Assembly: GCF_009914755.1 (NCBI RefSeq)
Contig: NC_060946.1
Strand: one strand, 5' to 3'
Length of the DNA: 64,000 nucleotides
Source of the DNA: the human T2T-CHM13v2.0 reference genome, Homo sapiens
Shown here: one piece after another, positions 13,278 through 28,508 of the stretch
How positions within the stretch are numbered: the stretch's first letter is position 1
Layout of the letters: every line of letters starts with the position of its first letter
Translations under genes and position numbers: made by a program
Notes under the pieces: model-generated
The model's input: only the letters and a program-made list of their open reading frames with translations
Told to the model about the DNA's origin: nothing
The model's database searches: none

Positions 13278-15317
13278 AGTGTTTTTTTTATTTTTGCTCC
13301 TCCTCTTTGCCTCAATACCTCAGGTTGCTGAGCTGGGGAGATTTTGCGTGACAGGCTCAGTGCTCCCTCAAAATCCTCCCGTCTCAATTCGCTGGGGCCC
13401 TGTCCTGGAAACTCCCCAAAAGTGGATGGTGTCCCTATAGGTTGGGAGTTTCCAAAATGGCCCCACAGGGAAGAGTTAACGTGAGTCCATTCCTTCTTCC
13501 TCATTGACATCCAGCATTTGTAATTTCCATGGGTGTCAATACTTTTGTAGCTGAAATCTTTCTTAATCTACTAAAGGTGAGAATGAATTTAATAAATATT
13601 CAGACATTAGTTGCATCCAATATTTAAATTTTATGAGTCAATTGGTAGACATAGCCATTATTATATATAATTTAGGCTTCATAAACTTTGATTAAATAGG
13701 TTTTATTAAAAACAAAGTAACCATTTTATTATGTGTTTAGACTATATCAACATGTTGTGTACCTGAAATATCCACAAGAAAATATATTTCAAAAACCAAA
13801 TTGTATTTATTGTCTATTGTTGCATAAAAATTGCTCCCTAATATTTAGCATGGTAAGAGAACACGTGTTTGTGATCTTGTCACTTCGGTGCATCTGGAAT
13901 TGAGAGCAGCTTAGTTTTGTGGTTCTGGTTCTGGGTTGGTCATGAAGTTGCAGCCAAGCTGTCAGGCCAGGCTGCATTCAGAGGCCAGAGCAGGTGGCCA
14001 GGCCCAGCCTGAGGGGCTTCCACTGTCCCTAACCTGTTTGTCTGATGTGGAAAATCTCAGAGGAAAAGGAGAGAGTGAAGTGTAAGGCACCTGTCCCAGT
14101 CCCCCTTGTCAAAGGCCATCCCATACCTGCACCATTTCTTATTCTTTCCTGGGGCGTCATAGGCATAGAGCACTGCCCATTCATTCTAACGCTGTAGAGT
14201 ATTCTGTAGTAGGATTTTAGCCATGCAGCCTCTAATGGTTATCACCATGATTTTGATCTTACAAATCACACTGCAGCAAGCATCCCTGTGCAGACTCCTT
14301 TGAGTTCATGTGTGCATATCACCATAGGATAAATTTCCAGAAGTGGAATTGCTGGGTCAAAAGGATGTGCATTTTTAACTTTTATCCATTGTTTTCATAT
14401 TCCCCTCCAGTTCTACCAGTTTACAATACCAGCCCTAAATATTGATTGGAATTCATTGGTGAAAGTGCAAGTTTGTGCCAACCTATCAGATATACAAAGT
14501 TATCTTGTTACACATTTATTTTTGATTTCTCCTATTTTGCTTGAGGTTGAGCATTTACTCAAATATTTCAGTGCTCATTATGTTTTAGGATTTGGTAAAC
14601 CGTTTCTTCAATGCCTCGGTAAGAGGTATTTTAGTCTTTGCCATGCACAAGACAACGTTGGGATAATATGTATGTTCTGATACACCATCTACAACGTAAT
14701 CATTAAAACATATAAAAACCACTATCAGTTCTGGGGCCATTAAAAAAATTGGTGGCAGGCCAGGGATGTCCCACAGGATGTGGTTTAACGGTCTCTGGTT
14801 TCTAGGGTTATTTGAAGTTTGAACATTGCACCCGCATATGTTCTATGTGGAGATCTCTTTGTGAGGGACACTGTAATTCACCTCCTCTAGGGGCCTGAGG
14901 TCTTTCTTTGGATAAGAACCTACCTGTACCATGTGTTTGATTGGATCTTGTGTCTGCTCAAGACAGCCCTGTGTCACAAGCTCATGACTTTCATCTTCAT
15001 CCATTTGCTCTGTTTTGTGAGAGCTTCAGTATATCAGGAATAGAGATTCCTCCGAGGTGAAAAATTAGAGGCAGAGGGAGGGGCAAATGGGCAAGGAAGC
15101 TTGCACCAAGTCGGGAGTGATCCAGTGTAGGCTGAGAGAAAAAAGGTCTTAAAATCAGCCTTGTAGCTGAAACCAAAAACACACAAGATGGTTGGTGTTC
15201 TGAGCATCATTAACAAATGATAAATGAAGTTGAACTTTTAAATGTATTGCAAATTTTTATAAAGCAAGTAGATCGTTAAACTCAGAATGCAACAATGGAA
15301 TAAAGAAGAGAGTTTGA

Positions 15318-15633
<316 letters not shown>

Positions 15634-16499
15634 TGAGTTTGAGATTTTAACTGTAAGTCCTCCAACTAAGTTGCCATGACAAGAACAGGGATGATGAGAG
15701 TGGAAATATGTTATCCTGCAAATTATCGTTTTATGTAAAAGAATATTTTCCCTCTTTTAGGTAAAGGAAGCATCTTCTGGAGCACCTTCTCTCTGACTAT
15801 CAAAGCACCATTAAGCCACAAATAAACTGTAACATGAAGTAGGAAACAACTGCCCTTTTATATAACCATTGAGAGGTGGCTTTATATGCATACCAAAATG
15901 TTGATGCTCAATGCTAAAATTGGATTTAGTAATTTAATATGCCTACAAGAAATTAATTTTCTTTGGATTATATTATTTCTGTGTACGATTTATCTTAGTT
16001 AACTTGGAAATATTCTGCTCTAAAAACAACTCTTGTTTTTTGGGTTATATTTTCTGTATCAACTATAGCTCTTTTCCAAATGCTGTCAGAGATAGCCCAT
16101 GGCTACTGATCACAAAATTCAATTTTATGGCATTTAAATTATTCTATACTCTAAATTATTTTAAAAGTGCACAGATGTGAATTTTTCACATCTGACTCAA
16201 AAATGTTGCTGATGTTGACTCACTTTTTTATTTCAATCTTATTGAAGTAGGAGTTTACTTTTCTGGAACCTGGATGATAACAGGAGACTGGAGAGGAAAC
16301 CCCCCAAATTGTTTTCCTTTAAACCCTCAGGATGAATCATCCTGGATAATCACCCACACTTGATTTGGGTGATATCTAAATGAGAGTTGGGTCTTAGAGT
16401 AGGTGCTGAGTTAGTTTAGGACTTGCGCTGTTGGAATGAGTTGAATGTTTTTACAAGTGAGAAAGACATGAGTTTTTTGGAGTCCAGAGGGTGGGGGGT

Positions 16500-16890
16500 T
16501 ATTGGCTGAATTAAGTCCCCCAAAATGTATGCATTGAAGCTGTAACACACAATATGTGACTGAAATTGTGCATAGGGTCTTTAAAGAGGTGACTAAGTGA
16601 AAATGAAAAAATTAGGGTGGATTCTTCTCAAATTGGACTGATGTCCTCCTAGGAAGAAGAAATTTGCACACACAGAAATGAGGCACCAGAGGTGAGCGTG
16701 CAGAGAAAAGACCAGGTGAGGATTCAGCAAGGAGGTAGCAACCTGCAAGCCAAGGAGAGAGTCCTCAGGGGAAACCAAACCCACTACCACCTTTATCTTG
16801 GGTTTTCCAGCTTCAGAACTGTGAGAAAATATGTTTCTGCCATTTCGGTCACTAATTCTTTCCTATCTTCTTGTGGGAGCTCTAGCAAAA
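16500..16890 (+). mobile_element. MaLR LTR (MLT1-like)
   Basis: ggctgaatt..ccccaaa..ctttaaagaggtgactaag..cagaactgtgagaaaata; paralog at 34540. Confidence 0.75.
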
Positions 16891-17246
16891 ACAAGAGGGA
16901 CCCCAAAGACCTTGGATGAGGGAGAAGGAGGAGATGGAGCAGGGTGCAGGAGGCGGTGCAGGAAGGGGCTGGAAGGTCGGGCTCTGAGGTGCATCTCCTG
17001 GGTGGAATCTTGACTCCACTCCCTATTGTCTGGAGGACTTGGGAAAAACATTTAACCTCCTAATATTCACTCACTAATAAAGATGGGCTTGAAGCACAAG
17101 GCTCCCCATCATCCTATTCTATATTACAAAAGTCTTCTTGAGGTAACACTTGTAAAACTCTCGCTAATGCATCTGGCATGTATTATGGACTCATAAGTAG
17201 CCCTTCTGAGTGATCTAGTGATGTGCAGAAAATGGCATTCATGCTG

Positions 17247-17265
17247 TGTGCACCAGGGGGCACTG
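17247..17265 (+). promoter_or_regulatory. Candidate CTCF site TGTGCACCAGGGGGCACTG
   Basis: Core consensus match ~370 bp upstream of the IGLV3-19 ATG. Confidence 0.6.
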
Positions 17266-17479
17266 TGAGGTTTAGTCTGAGGCCCCTAATGAGTCCAAGC
17301 CCCTAGTAATGCTCAAGGGCGAAGAGCCTGACTGTTGCTTCCTATGAGGCCCCTTCTAGTGGGTAAATCTGAAAATGCACTTGGCCCTTCTTCTGATCTT
17401 GAGAAATTACTCAGAGAAGGCCATCAGGCTCAGGGCTCAGACAAGAACCAGGACAAATGTTTTAGGGAATGGAGAACAG

Positions 17480-17545
17480 ATTTGCATCCACTGCTCACCA
17501 GAGCCACCTAACGACGACACAAGAATAAAGGAAGTAGATTTGCAT
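17480..17545 (+). promoter_or_regulatory. Double octamer promoter of IGLV3-19 (17480-17487, 17538-17545)
   Basis: Two exact ATTTGCAT. Confidence 0.88.
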
Positions 17546-17633
17546 GAAGAGACTTCCCTTCCTATGATAAGAGAGGCCTGGAGGTTCCTCCTTAGCTGTG
17601 GGCTCAGAAGCAGAGTTCTGGGGTGTCTCCACC

Positions 17634-18126
17634 ATGGCCTGGACCCCTCTCTGGCTCACTCTCCTCACTCTTTGCATAGGTGCTGCCTCCCAGGGCTCAA
17701 CCCCATATTATCATGCTAGCTGTGCCAACCTGGCCCTGAGCTTCGGCTCAACACAGGGAGTAGTGTAGGGTGTGGGACTCTAGGCGTGAAACCCTTATCC
17801 TCACCTCTTCTGTCCTCTTTTGCAGGTTCTGTGGTTTCTTCTGAGCTGACTCAGGACCCTGCTGTGTCTGTGGCCTTGGGACAGACAGTCAGGATCACAT
17901 GCCAAGGAGACAGCCTCAGAAGCTATTATGCAAGCTGGTACCAGCAGAAGCCAGGACAGGCCCCTGTACTTGTCATCTATGGTAAAAACAACCGGCCCTC
18001 AGGGATCCCAGACCGATTCTCTGGCTCCAGCTCAGGAAACACAGCTTCCTTGACCATCACTGGGGCTCAGGCGGAAGATGAGGCTGACTATTACTGTAAC
18101 TCCCGGGACAGCAGTGGTAACCATCT
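17634..18126 (+). CDS. IGLV3-19: Ig lambda V gene segment (leader 17634-17679, V exon 17826-18126), functional
   Basis: [16 protein letters not shown] + [37 protein letters not shown]...GKNNRPS...[11 protein letters not shown]. Confidence 0.97.
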
Positions 18127-18165
18127 CACATTGACACAGACAGATGGGGAAGTGAGACAGAAACC
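18127..18165 (+). other. 23-RSS of IGLV3-19 (CACATTG-23-ACAGAAACC)
   Basis: Counted directly. Confidence 0.92.
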
Positions 18166-19249
18166 CCTTCACTATCTGTGTCATCCTCTCTCTCCAGCCC
18201 CAGCAGGACTGTGAACAAAGCCATAAACAGGGCTGGCCCAGTTCACCTGCATCTGAGACCTCCAGGCTGCCTTTCCCTCCATTCCTCCAGGTAGGCTCTG
18301 CAGAAGGTGGGTCAGGATGATGTGAGGCTTGAAGGACCAGGCTGTTCTGCTGTTGTTTAGACTGAGTGTGCCTTGCCTCAAGATGACCTGAATGGAAGGA
18401 CCACAAGAAGGAGATGGGCAGCTGTTGAGTGGTCATGATCCCTGGAGTTCCTCTTGTGTGGTGACTGGATCTAACACAATGCCTGTACTTTGTGGCCCAA
18501 ATGCCCTGGATTATTGGTCTGAACTCCCCATGTTTAACTGAGACCCTCAAGCCCCAGCTCCATGCATCCTGATGTTCTGAACAGGAAAGTCTTTTCTAGT
18601 GAGCACTGTGGCATCCCTTGGCATCCCAGCTTCACACAGCAATTCCCCACCAAAAAATGCCTTTGAGTGCAAAGAACGGCTTCATGCAAAGATGTGCCTC
18701 CTTCAGAATGTAGTTCAGGAGCAATAACTACCTGATGCCTTAATCCCAAAGCCATATTTTAATTTAGAATGACCTTGAAATGCCTTCTAGCTGAGCAGTC
18801 AGTTGTAACACATTCCCAGTCACGCCTCCCACACTTCTTTCCTGACAGTATGTCATGAAACCCTACTGCATGGAATCCTGCCTCTTAGAGTAGGATTCCA
18901 GGGATCTCAAAAATTGTTTAGAAATGAACAAAAACAGTCTAGTTGGAAGAGTATCAAAGAGGAGGCAGTTGCACATGCAGAGAACTCTGAGGTCTGCAAA
19001 TATACATGAACTGATGAGCACTTGTGTGTAAAGAAACACCTCCGAAAGAGAAAAGAACCACGCAAAGACTCTTGAGGGAACACCTCACAGAGCTCACTCC
19101 CACACACACCCACCCACGCACTCACAGACACTCACACACTACAGTCACAGAGGAAAGGCCTGACTTACAGGGCATGAGGTTGACTCATCAGAAGAGCTTT
19201 GCCTCAGTACTGGGGAAAAAGTCACCCTAGACAAAATGCTGCTCAGGTC

Positions 19250-19969
19250 TCAACTATGAAAGTGTAAAAGCAAACAGAAAACTCAAACTGTTTTTCTGAA
19301 CAGTAAAGTAACTTTACTGAATTCAACAATAAAAGACAGAAATAGAGAATGAACTGCAAAAGAATTCTCAACCCAGCAGGAAAAATGCACAATGCCTTCA
19401 TCCTGTCAATATTTCCTGCAAGGTAACCAGAAAATATATGCTATATCAAACAGAGAAGTGAATCAATCCCAAATGGCAATAAAATTGCACACATGATAGA
19501 CCTTGTAGGCAAGGATATGAAAGAAATTCTTATAACTCTATTCTATTCTACTTGTTCTTGAGGATATAAGATTGAAAAATCATATTAAGTGGATACATAA
19601 AACATATAAAGACAGACGCAAGTTATACTCTTATAAATGATCCATAATATGTCTGCAATAAAAAATACACTGAATGAGACTGATTGCAGATTGGATTCTG
19701 TGAAAGAATAGATGAGTGAACTTGAAGATATGGCAATGGCAGCTATTCAAGACGAAGCACAAAAGCGTAAACAGAGTATCAGTGAGTTTTAGGACATCTT
19801 CAACTGCCTAAATTGGTATAATGAAAGTCATTAAAGGAGGTAAGATTGGACAGGGAAGAGAAAAGGCAGAAAAACAATTTAAAGGAACAATGACCAAAAT
19901 TTCCCAAATTTTGTGAAAACTAGAAACCTCCTATTCCAAAAAGTTTAACATGTCCCAAAGACACACACA

Positions 19970-20005
<36 letters not shown>

Positions 20006-21415
20006 TAGAGAGAGAGAGAGAAAGAGAGAAAGGGAGAGAGAGAGATACAGGTGAACAACAAAATGACAAGAACAAATTTGGTTTTTAAAAATTTTTTTAA
20101 TTTTAGTGGCTTCATAGTAGGCATATATTTTTATTGGGTACACGAGATGTTTCAAAACAGGCATGCAATGTGAAATAGCCACATTATGGAAAATTCGGTA
20201 TTCATTCACTCAAGCACTTATCCTTTGTAGTATAAACTATTCAATTACACTCTTTTAGCTTTATAAAATGTACAGTTAAGTTGTTATTGACTATAGTCAT
20301 CCTGTTGTGCTGTCAAATAGTAGGCCTTATTGATTATTTCTAACTAGTTTTTTCTTACCCAGTAACCATCCCCAGGTAATAGTTGATTTCTTATTAGAAG
20401 TAATGCAAGCCTAAATCAGTGGAGTTACATTTAGAAAATATTAAATGAAGAAACTTACTACCCAAAGCAATCTACAAACTCAATGCAATTCCTATCAAAA
20501 TACCAATGATATTATTCACAGAAATAAAAAATCCTCTAAAATTGGTATAAAACCCTAAAAGACGCTGAATAGCCAAAGCAATACTGAGCAAAAAGAACAC
20601 AGCTGAAGATATCACACTACTAGAATTAAAATATGCTACAAACTATAGTAACCAAAACAGGAAGTTATTGGCATGCAATCAGACACTGAGACCAATATAA
20701 CAAAATAGAAAACCCGTAAATAAATCCATATATCTATATATAGCTGACTTTCAACAAAGATGTCAAGAATGTACACTGAGAAAATGGCACAATTTTCAAT
20801 AAGTGGTGCTGAGAAAACTGGATACCCATCTACAGAACAATGAAACTAGACACTTATCCTCTCCACAAAAAAATATCAACTAAAAATGGATTAAAGGCCC
20901 AAATATAACACCCCAAACTATAAAACTACTAGAAGGGAACTTAACATAGGGGAAGAACAAATTCTTTAGGACATTGTTCTAGATAAAAAATTATATGGCC
21001 AAGACTTCAAAAGCACAGGCAACAACAAATAATAGAGATATGGGACATCATTAAACTACAAAGTTCCTGAAAAGCAAAGGAAACAATCAACAGAGTAAAG
21101 ACAACATGTAGAATGAGAGAAAATATTTGCAAACTGTTCACTTGACAAGGGCCTAACATTCAGTGTATGAAAATTTTAAAAAAACTGAAATAACTCATTA
21201 GCATAAAAAAACTAATAATATCATTAAAAATGGGCCAAGAATTTGAAGAGACTTTTCTCAATAGAAGATATACAAATGGCCAACAGGCATACGAGAAAAA
21301 TGTTGAACATCACTAATTAGTGAGGGAATGAGAATCAAAACCCCAGTGAGATACAATCTCACCCTAGCTGGAATGGCTATGATCAAAAAGACAAAAAATG
21401 CAAAGCTGGTGAAGG
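19250..21415 (+). mobile_element. Degenerate old L1 (ORF1/ORF2 remnants) containing an antisense L1MA-like 3' end at ~20090-20375
   Basis: A-rich; ORF2-like strings ctacccaaagcaatctaca, aatagccaaagcaatactgagcaaaaagaac, ggaaacaatcaacagagt; paralog at 37320-39570. Confidence 0.85.
19961..20046 (+). repeat. (CA)n(GA)n compound microsatellite
   Basis: Directly visible. Confidence 0.95.
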
Positions 21416-22653
21416 TAGGTGACTTCACATTTCTCTAGTCCGATTCTCTGGGAACAATGAGAGTGCTCTGTCTTTGCTCTCCCTCTAGTAACTATTTTTC
21501 ACACGCAAAAATATGGACCCTAGTGGGAAATAATGCCTAAGACCACCAACACCTTAATCATTTGTTCATCACACTAGAAATGAAACTGTTTTCCAAATAA
21601 TATTAACATCTATCTGTGTCTATCGCCATTGTGTCAATGTCTGTGTGATCCTATAACATTTAGAAGGCCTAGAAGAATGCCCTTGCTTTTTGCAATATGA
21701 AAATGGCCGATATCATAGATGATATAGATATAGATAGATAGGGGGTTGTATTTTGAAATGTATTTCTCTAAAGGACTTCTTTCACTTCAAATTTGAAATT
21801 ATTCTTGTTTTAAATGTCACAAATGATAAACCTTATAGAATGATAACACAATTGTATGTGTTATAAAGTCACAGGGTCTATCAAATGATGAACCAATCAT
21901 TCGGTGTTGAGGTTAGTAGTATTTTTTTTATTTCGATTCTCACTAAATGAGAACACGTTTTGTATTGAGGGGCCATGCCCTAACCATACCACATCGTGGG
22001 GTTGCTCAGAGACTGTGAGGTTCTGCCCACACTAAGCCAGAAGGAGAATTTTATTCCTAAGCCAGGATGAGAATTTTATTCCTCACACTGCTCTCTGCAC
22101 TTGTTTGTATCCCATAATATCCCCCAAAAGTGAGCATGAGAAGTTCATTTTTTAAGCTGCTTGTTCATTCTCTTACATTTAATACATGTACCAAAAATTG
22201 TCTTCATTTTTAAAATAAAATGTTATGCTATCTTGTAATCTATAACCCTATAGAATAATCTTGATCCATACACTTTTGCTATCACAAGCAGAACAAGATC
22301 CACTTCCTCTCTCTGGGATAAATCCCATGACCGCTGCTCTTTGAGCATTATTTTTCTTAAGTTATTTTTTAAACAGAAATTTATCTGACTTACCTTAACC
22401 AAATGTCTTTTCAAAGTAACCGCATTTCTTTTAAGTGAAAAATTAAATAGTTACCTTCTGTTATCAAGAATTATCTGAATACAAAATATTTATTGTTTCA
22501 ACTTTAGAAGGAATGAAAAACATCTACAGGTTACTAATCTAAAAATGCAGGCTCTGGGTTTCTATGGTGTTAACATGTCTTCCAAATTTTAAGTAACAGG
22601 TATTTAAATAACATGAACTTTGTTTTCAAACTTAGAAAATGTTTCAACCTTTT

Positions 22654-23058
22654 GGCTGGGCATGGTGGCTCAAGTCTATAATCCCAGCAATTTGGAAGGA
22701 CGAGCTGCGAGTTTTGTCTGATCCCAGGAGCTCAAGACCAGCCTGGGCAACATGATGAAACTCCATCTCTACCAAAAGTTATAAAACTTTGCCAGGCATG
22801 GTGGCACTGCCTGTAGTCCCATCTACTCAAGAGACTGAGATGGGAGGATTGCTGGAGCCAGAGAAGTTGAGGCTGCAGAAGGTAAACTGTAGAGGCTAAA
22901 ACATGATAAATATTTAATTCATCACTTAAAAGAAATGTTGGTTACATTGAAAAGAAATTTGATTAATGTAATTAGATATATTTCTGTTTAAAAAATAATT
23001 GAAGTAAGCCCTGTTAGCACCACTGCATTCCAGCCTGGGCAACAGAGCAAAACCTGTT
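22654..23058 (+). mobile_element. AluJ-like element interrupted by a ~135-bp insertion (22879-23015)
   Basis: ggctgggcatggtggctca...gaggctgcag [insert] caccactgcattccagcctgggcaacagagc. Confidence 0.88.
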
Positions 23059-23160
23059 AAAGAAAGAAAGAAAGAAAGAGAAGGAAGGATGAGGAAGGAA
23101 GGAAGGAAGGAAGGAAGGAAGGAAGGAAGGAAGGAACGAAGGGGAAAGAAAAAAAGGAAG
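23059..23160 (+). repeat. (GAAA)n(GGAA)n microsatellite derived from the Alu tail
   Basis: Directly visible. Confidence 0.92.
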
Positions 23161-23864
23161 AAGATATTTCAAGCTTTACAGTACCAGAGCCACTCTGTAA
23201 TCAATAAGCAACAGGACCAAAACAGAAAGAGATTCTGTAGAACAGTCTAACCAGCGATACAATTATACATTTCTGTTCAGATATCAAAACCATTTTCAAT
23301 AGTAAATATATGGAATGAACTCCCCACAGAGATCAAGTAGGATGTATGATGTGTGAATGAAATTATGAGTTGAGAGTAGGAAATTTATAAATTTAATCAA
23401 ACAAATTAAAGCATTATGAGGAAGTTGTACTGCTAATGTATTACTTGGCAAGCTGTTCAGTGGAACACCAAGATATTCTTAAGGAAGTTGCAAATATCTT
23501 TTAAAATGTTATCATTGAAGTGGATTTTTAAAAAATGAGGACATGAATACCTTTACAAAGTATTCAGGGATAAAGAGAGAAAAATAAATTTAGATTGTGC
23601 ATACATATATAAAATTTATTTTAAAAGATAAGCTTGTCTTTTTTATCCCTTAAATAAAAGGAGCAGATATTTAAATTCCTTGTCTTTTATTTTAAAATTT
23701 AGAAAATGCTTACAGCTTCCCACACTGAAATTTATACTAAGACAGATAATCTAATCAAGGGATAACAAAATCAAAACAGAATTCTCTTGATGAATCTATT
23801 TTCTTGATTTTTAAGTCTCAGTGTGTACTCTATAGTAAAACTATTTATAATTGATTCTGCTGTT

Positions 23865-25320
23865 TGAAAATATTTACTGATCGTTTATCTTGCACCAAGT
23901 GATCTCCAGCTCTGAAGATAGGTCAGTGGGAAAACATACAAAGTTGCCCAGCTTCGTTAAACTTAAATTCTAATGAGGAAAAAAGAAGTAATTAATCAGG
24001 GACTTTAAAACAGGAGTGTTGTGATATGGCTTGGAATTCTAACTGCTTCCTGTGCTTGCTGTGTGGAGACTGGATTGAAAAATAGGGCGATAGAAGCTTA
24101 AATTCATATAGAATATGGCTAGCCTGTATTTTGAGGGCCCCTGAAATAAGAATGTATAGTAGTTCTCATTATTTCCTCAAGAAATCTGTGCAGTAGAGCT
24201 TTGGCCTTGGGAGGGAAGTACTATAGTCACCAAGTGGTGAGGGTGGGAAGGTGAATTTGCAAATACCACTTGGAATGAGTTCACTTTAAAGGTAAAGCTG
24301 GCAGGATTTTCATACATGTCAGATCTGAAAAAATGTGTGTGCGTGTGTGTGTGTGTGTTATAGAGAGAGAGAGAGAGAGAGAGTGAAAACCAGACAGATA
24401 CCGAGAGAGAACGACAGATCTGCAGTGACAGAGAGAATTAAAAGCGGACACCACGAATATTGAGCTCAGAAACTATAAAATGGGAGGTGCCATTAAACAG
24501 AATGGGGAAGAGCAAGTTTGAGGAGTATCAGTGGCTCCATGTGGACTTATTGATTTTGACATTCCTAACAGATGTCCAAATGGAGAAGTCAGACAGTGTT
24601 GTGCGTAGTCTAGTGTTAAGGTATCAAAGAAAATATCAGGAAATGAGTGACACAAAAATTAGTAAGAAAGCAAAGATAAGAAACATTAGTCAAAGTCCTG
24701 AGTCCAGTGGTTATCTAACACCCAAAAAGTAGTAGGCCGGGTGCCGTGGCTCATGCCTGGAATCCCAGCACTTTGGAAGGCCAAGGCGGGCAGATCTCCT
24801 GAGGTCGGGAGTTCAAGGCCAGCCTGACCAATATGGAGAAACCCTATCTCTACTAAAAATACAAAATTAGCCGGGTGTGGTGGCTCATGCCTGTAATACC
24901 AGCTACTCAGGAGGCTGAGGCAGGAGAATCGCTTGAAGCAGGGAGGTGGAGGGTGTGGTGAGCCGAGATTGCATCATTGAACTCCAGCCTGGGAAACAAG
25001 AGCAAAACTTCATCTCAGAAAGAAAAAAAAGTGATAAAGACAAGAAGAAACCAGCAAAAAAGTACTAGGGGTAATTATCAAAAATGTCAAAGGGAAAGTA
25101 GGTTAAGTGTTCTGGAATTCTCTCAAAGAAAGTTTTGAAAAAAGGAGGGAGGAAGAGATCAACTGCTTTCAATGCTGCTGATACATAAATTAAGACAAAG
25201 GCTGAGGAATTATGCTTCAATTCATCATTTAACGATATGGATATTGTTTGTGCTTTGATAAGAGCAATTTTCTTGGAGTGAGTAGGTGAGAAACCATATT
25301 GGAGTGGTTTCTCAAAGGAA
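23865..25320 (-). mobile_element. Fragmented L2 relic
   Basis: aaatatttactga..., tggacttattgattttgacattcct..cagatgtccaaatggagaagtc, tcaaatgctgctga-like strings typical of antisense L2. Confidence 0.5.
24735..25030 (+). mobile_element. Alu (AluSp-like)
   Basis: Full dimer; gaggtcgggagttc, cctgaccaatatggagaaaccc; A tail. Confidence 0.93.
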
Positions 25321-27434
25321 TGCCTGATCTCTGGATTCTTAAGGAAACTTTTTATTGAACAGTGGAGGCACAAATTGGATTTGTTTTAATTCCGGGGTCG
25401 GGACACACTCTAAACATGTGCCTCTGCATGCCTCGCTTATTACAGCTAGGTATCCTAGTATCTTTCAGTAACAGAATAATCACCTGCAAAACCCACACCC
25501 ATTTAATAGACACGCTTTACAAAGACTGATACTAGAAGTTGTTGGAGAGGATGTGGTTCCACGTAATATCTTATGAGTCACTGATGGGCAAGTAAGCTGG
25601 TAAAATGTCTTTGGAAAACTCACTATACCTGCTATACTAAAACATTCAGATACCAAACACCAGAAATTCCATATTGTAATATATTTCTATGAGAAAAAAA
25701 CAAGAGCCCTGTATTAAAATATAGATTATTATTAAAAATAATCACACTGGGTTTCCTGATTTTTTTATTAGCAAGTCAGTCTCTGCCTGATTCAATAGTA
25801 CAACCTCTATCTAATATATATATATAGTGTTTTTAATCAACCACTAAGAAAAAGTATTATATTTTATATCAATTCTACATTCAGTGCCGAAACCAGCATT
25901 TTGTAGATTCCAGAGATTTGTTGAATAAATAATGAATAACTTAAATAAGTTAATATTTATAGTATCCATATACAAATAATACATCATCTCAGAATACAAT
26001 AATAACGTTTGTTATGCAGAAAATGATTTCAATCTCAGTTAAAAATATTTTGGGCTTAGGAGTTACTGTCATATATGGATGCTCACATTGTTTTGTTTAT
26101 ACGAAAATGTTTGTAGTTAACGTACGTTTTTGGTACTTAAGCCTTTTGTTCTTGCTGCCATAGCAAATAGTGTGCCTATTAGGAACAAGAACCAGAGGTT
26201 TACTTCATCTTAACAGATTTCTTAATAAAATACATGCCATACTGTTTGGTTTAATGCATAAGCAAAGAGTCATTCACTCCGCCATTGCTACGTGTCCCTC
26301 CTCTAATACGGCTCCTGAAGATGTTACCGATAGCAGAGGACTTTGTGTTCAACCTAAGCACTTTATAGCCCTTTCACTTTCAACTAAGTATGAGATAAAA
26401 TAATTCAGCACCAATAAAACAAACACTTCTTAAATACTGACCCTTTTTTTGAGCCTGTTTCACGTTACGCAGCAAGACAGAGTACACTTCTCTTTCCCAG
26501 CAAATCAGTGTTGGCACTACACCCTCTACACTCTGAAAACTTGTATTATTGGCTTCCTTAGAAACACAATTTGAGCTTATAATTTAGATGTCATCAAATA
26601 ATGTACAAAAATATGCTACTTCCTTCCCCTTCACTTCTCTTCTCTTCTCTTCTTATCAGATAATTGTCAGTTGTTTTTTCTCTCCAACTCCTTTCCTCCG
26701 ACTACTTGATTTTTAAAAGACTTTCTGCACATTTCCAATCTTAGTATTGTAGAGACAAAATGTGTGGTCAAACTGCATATATAGGAAGAGCTGAATTATA
26801 TGCAAGCATTTTTAAATACACAATTCCTCCTCAGTTTTCTGTGATTATTTCATATAATCAAATGTCTTCCAGATACACATCCCAAACGAGTGGTTGTCAA
26901 GCTCTGCTTTGTGGTCTAATTTCATCAGAATTATCCAAAATTCTTATGATAAATACAGATAAATTGACATAACTCCAGATTTATGAAATCAACATTTCCA
27001 GAACCCAGGAATATGCATTGAAAAAGTGTATTCCTCAGATGATGCTGACATGATACGGGATCCGAGTTTACAATGCAAGGAAAATTACCTTCCTTGCCCT
27101 TCAGCTGACCCTTGTATCCAGAGGTCCTCTTCCCCTTTCATATTCTGCCCTCTCTCCTTCTGCACCTTTCTCCTTTCCTCCCTCCAGTTCTGCTCATCCA
27201 GATCCCAAGCCCTCCCCCATGGATTCCCTAAACCTCCCAAATGGTCAGTTGCCACTAAAGTTCCCTCTGTCTCATGAACAAGTTATGTGGGCAAATGTAA
27301 AATTTAAGCTTGGACCAAGCTGACTCAAGAGCGGCAATTACAAATTTCCCTAAACCCAGAGGGGACCAGCAAACACTTGTAGAAGATTAGAGATTTCCTG
27401 TGAGTGCAAAGGGCTCAGAGTGTCCTGATGCTGT

Positions 27435-27689
27435 AGACCAAATCTTACTGTCCCCTCCAATTCATGTGTTAAAATCTAATTCCCTATGTGATGGGATTTG
27501 GAGGTGAGGCCTTGGAAGGTGATTAAGTGATGAAAGCAGAGAACCCGTGAAGGGGATCAGTGTCCCTATCAAAGGGACGGCTGAGAACTCCTCATCCCTT
27601 CTGTCATGTGAGGACACAGTACAAAGATGGCCGTCTATGAACCAGGAAGGAAGCCCTCACCAGACACAAAATGTGCTGACCACTCACTG

Positions 27690-27690
<1 letters not shown>
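27435..27690 (+). mobile_element. MaLR LTR fragment (MLT1A/MST-like), 3'-truncated
   Basis: tgtcccctccaattcatgtgttaaaatctaattccc..gaggacacagtacaaagatggccgtctatgaaccaggaag. Confidence 0.75.
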
Positions 27691-28090
<400 letters not shown>

Positions 28091-28130
28091 TCACTTTCCA
28101 CTGGAATTTCCACACACAGAATCAGCCTCA

Positions 28131-28508
<378 letters not shown>

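Noticed and set aside
18127-18133. Non-consensus heptamers CACATTG (3-19) and CACGGTG (3-21) as inactivating
   Set aside because: CAC is retained and both genes are known to be commonly used
26160-26400. CpG-retaining, exon-like stretch in the AT-rich block
   Set aside because: No convincing splice pair or recognisable peptide; cannot be supported without a search
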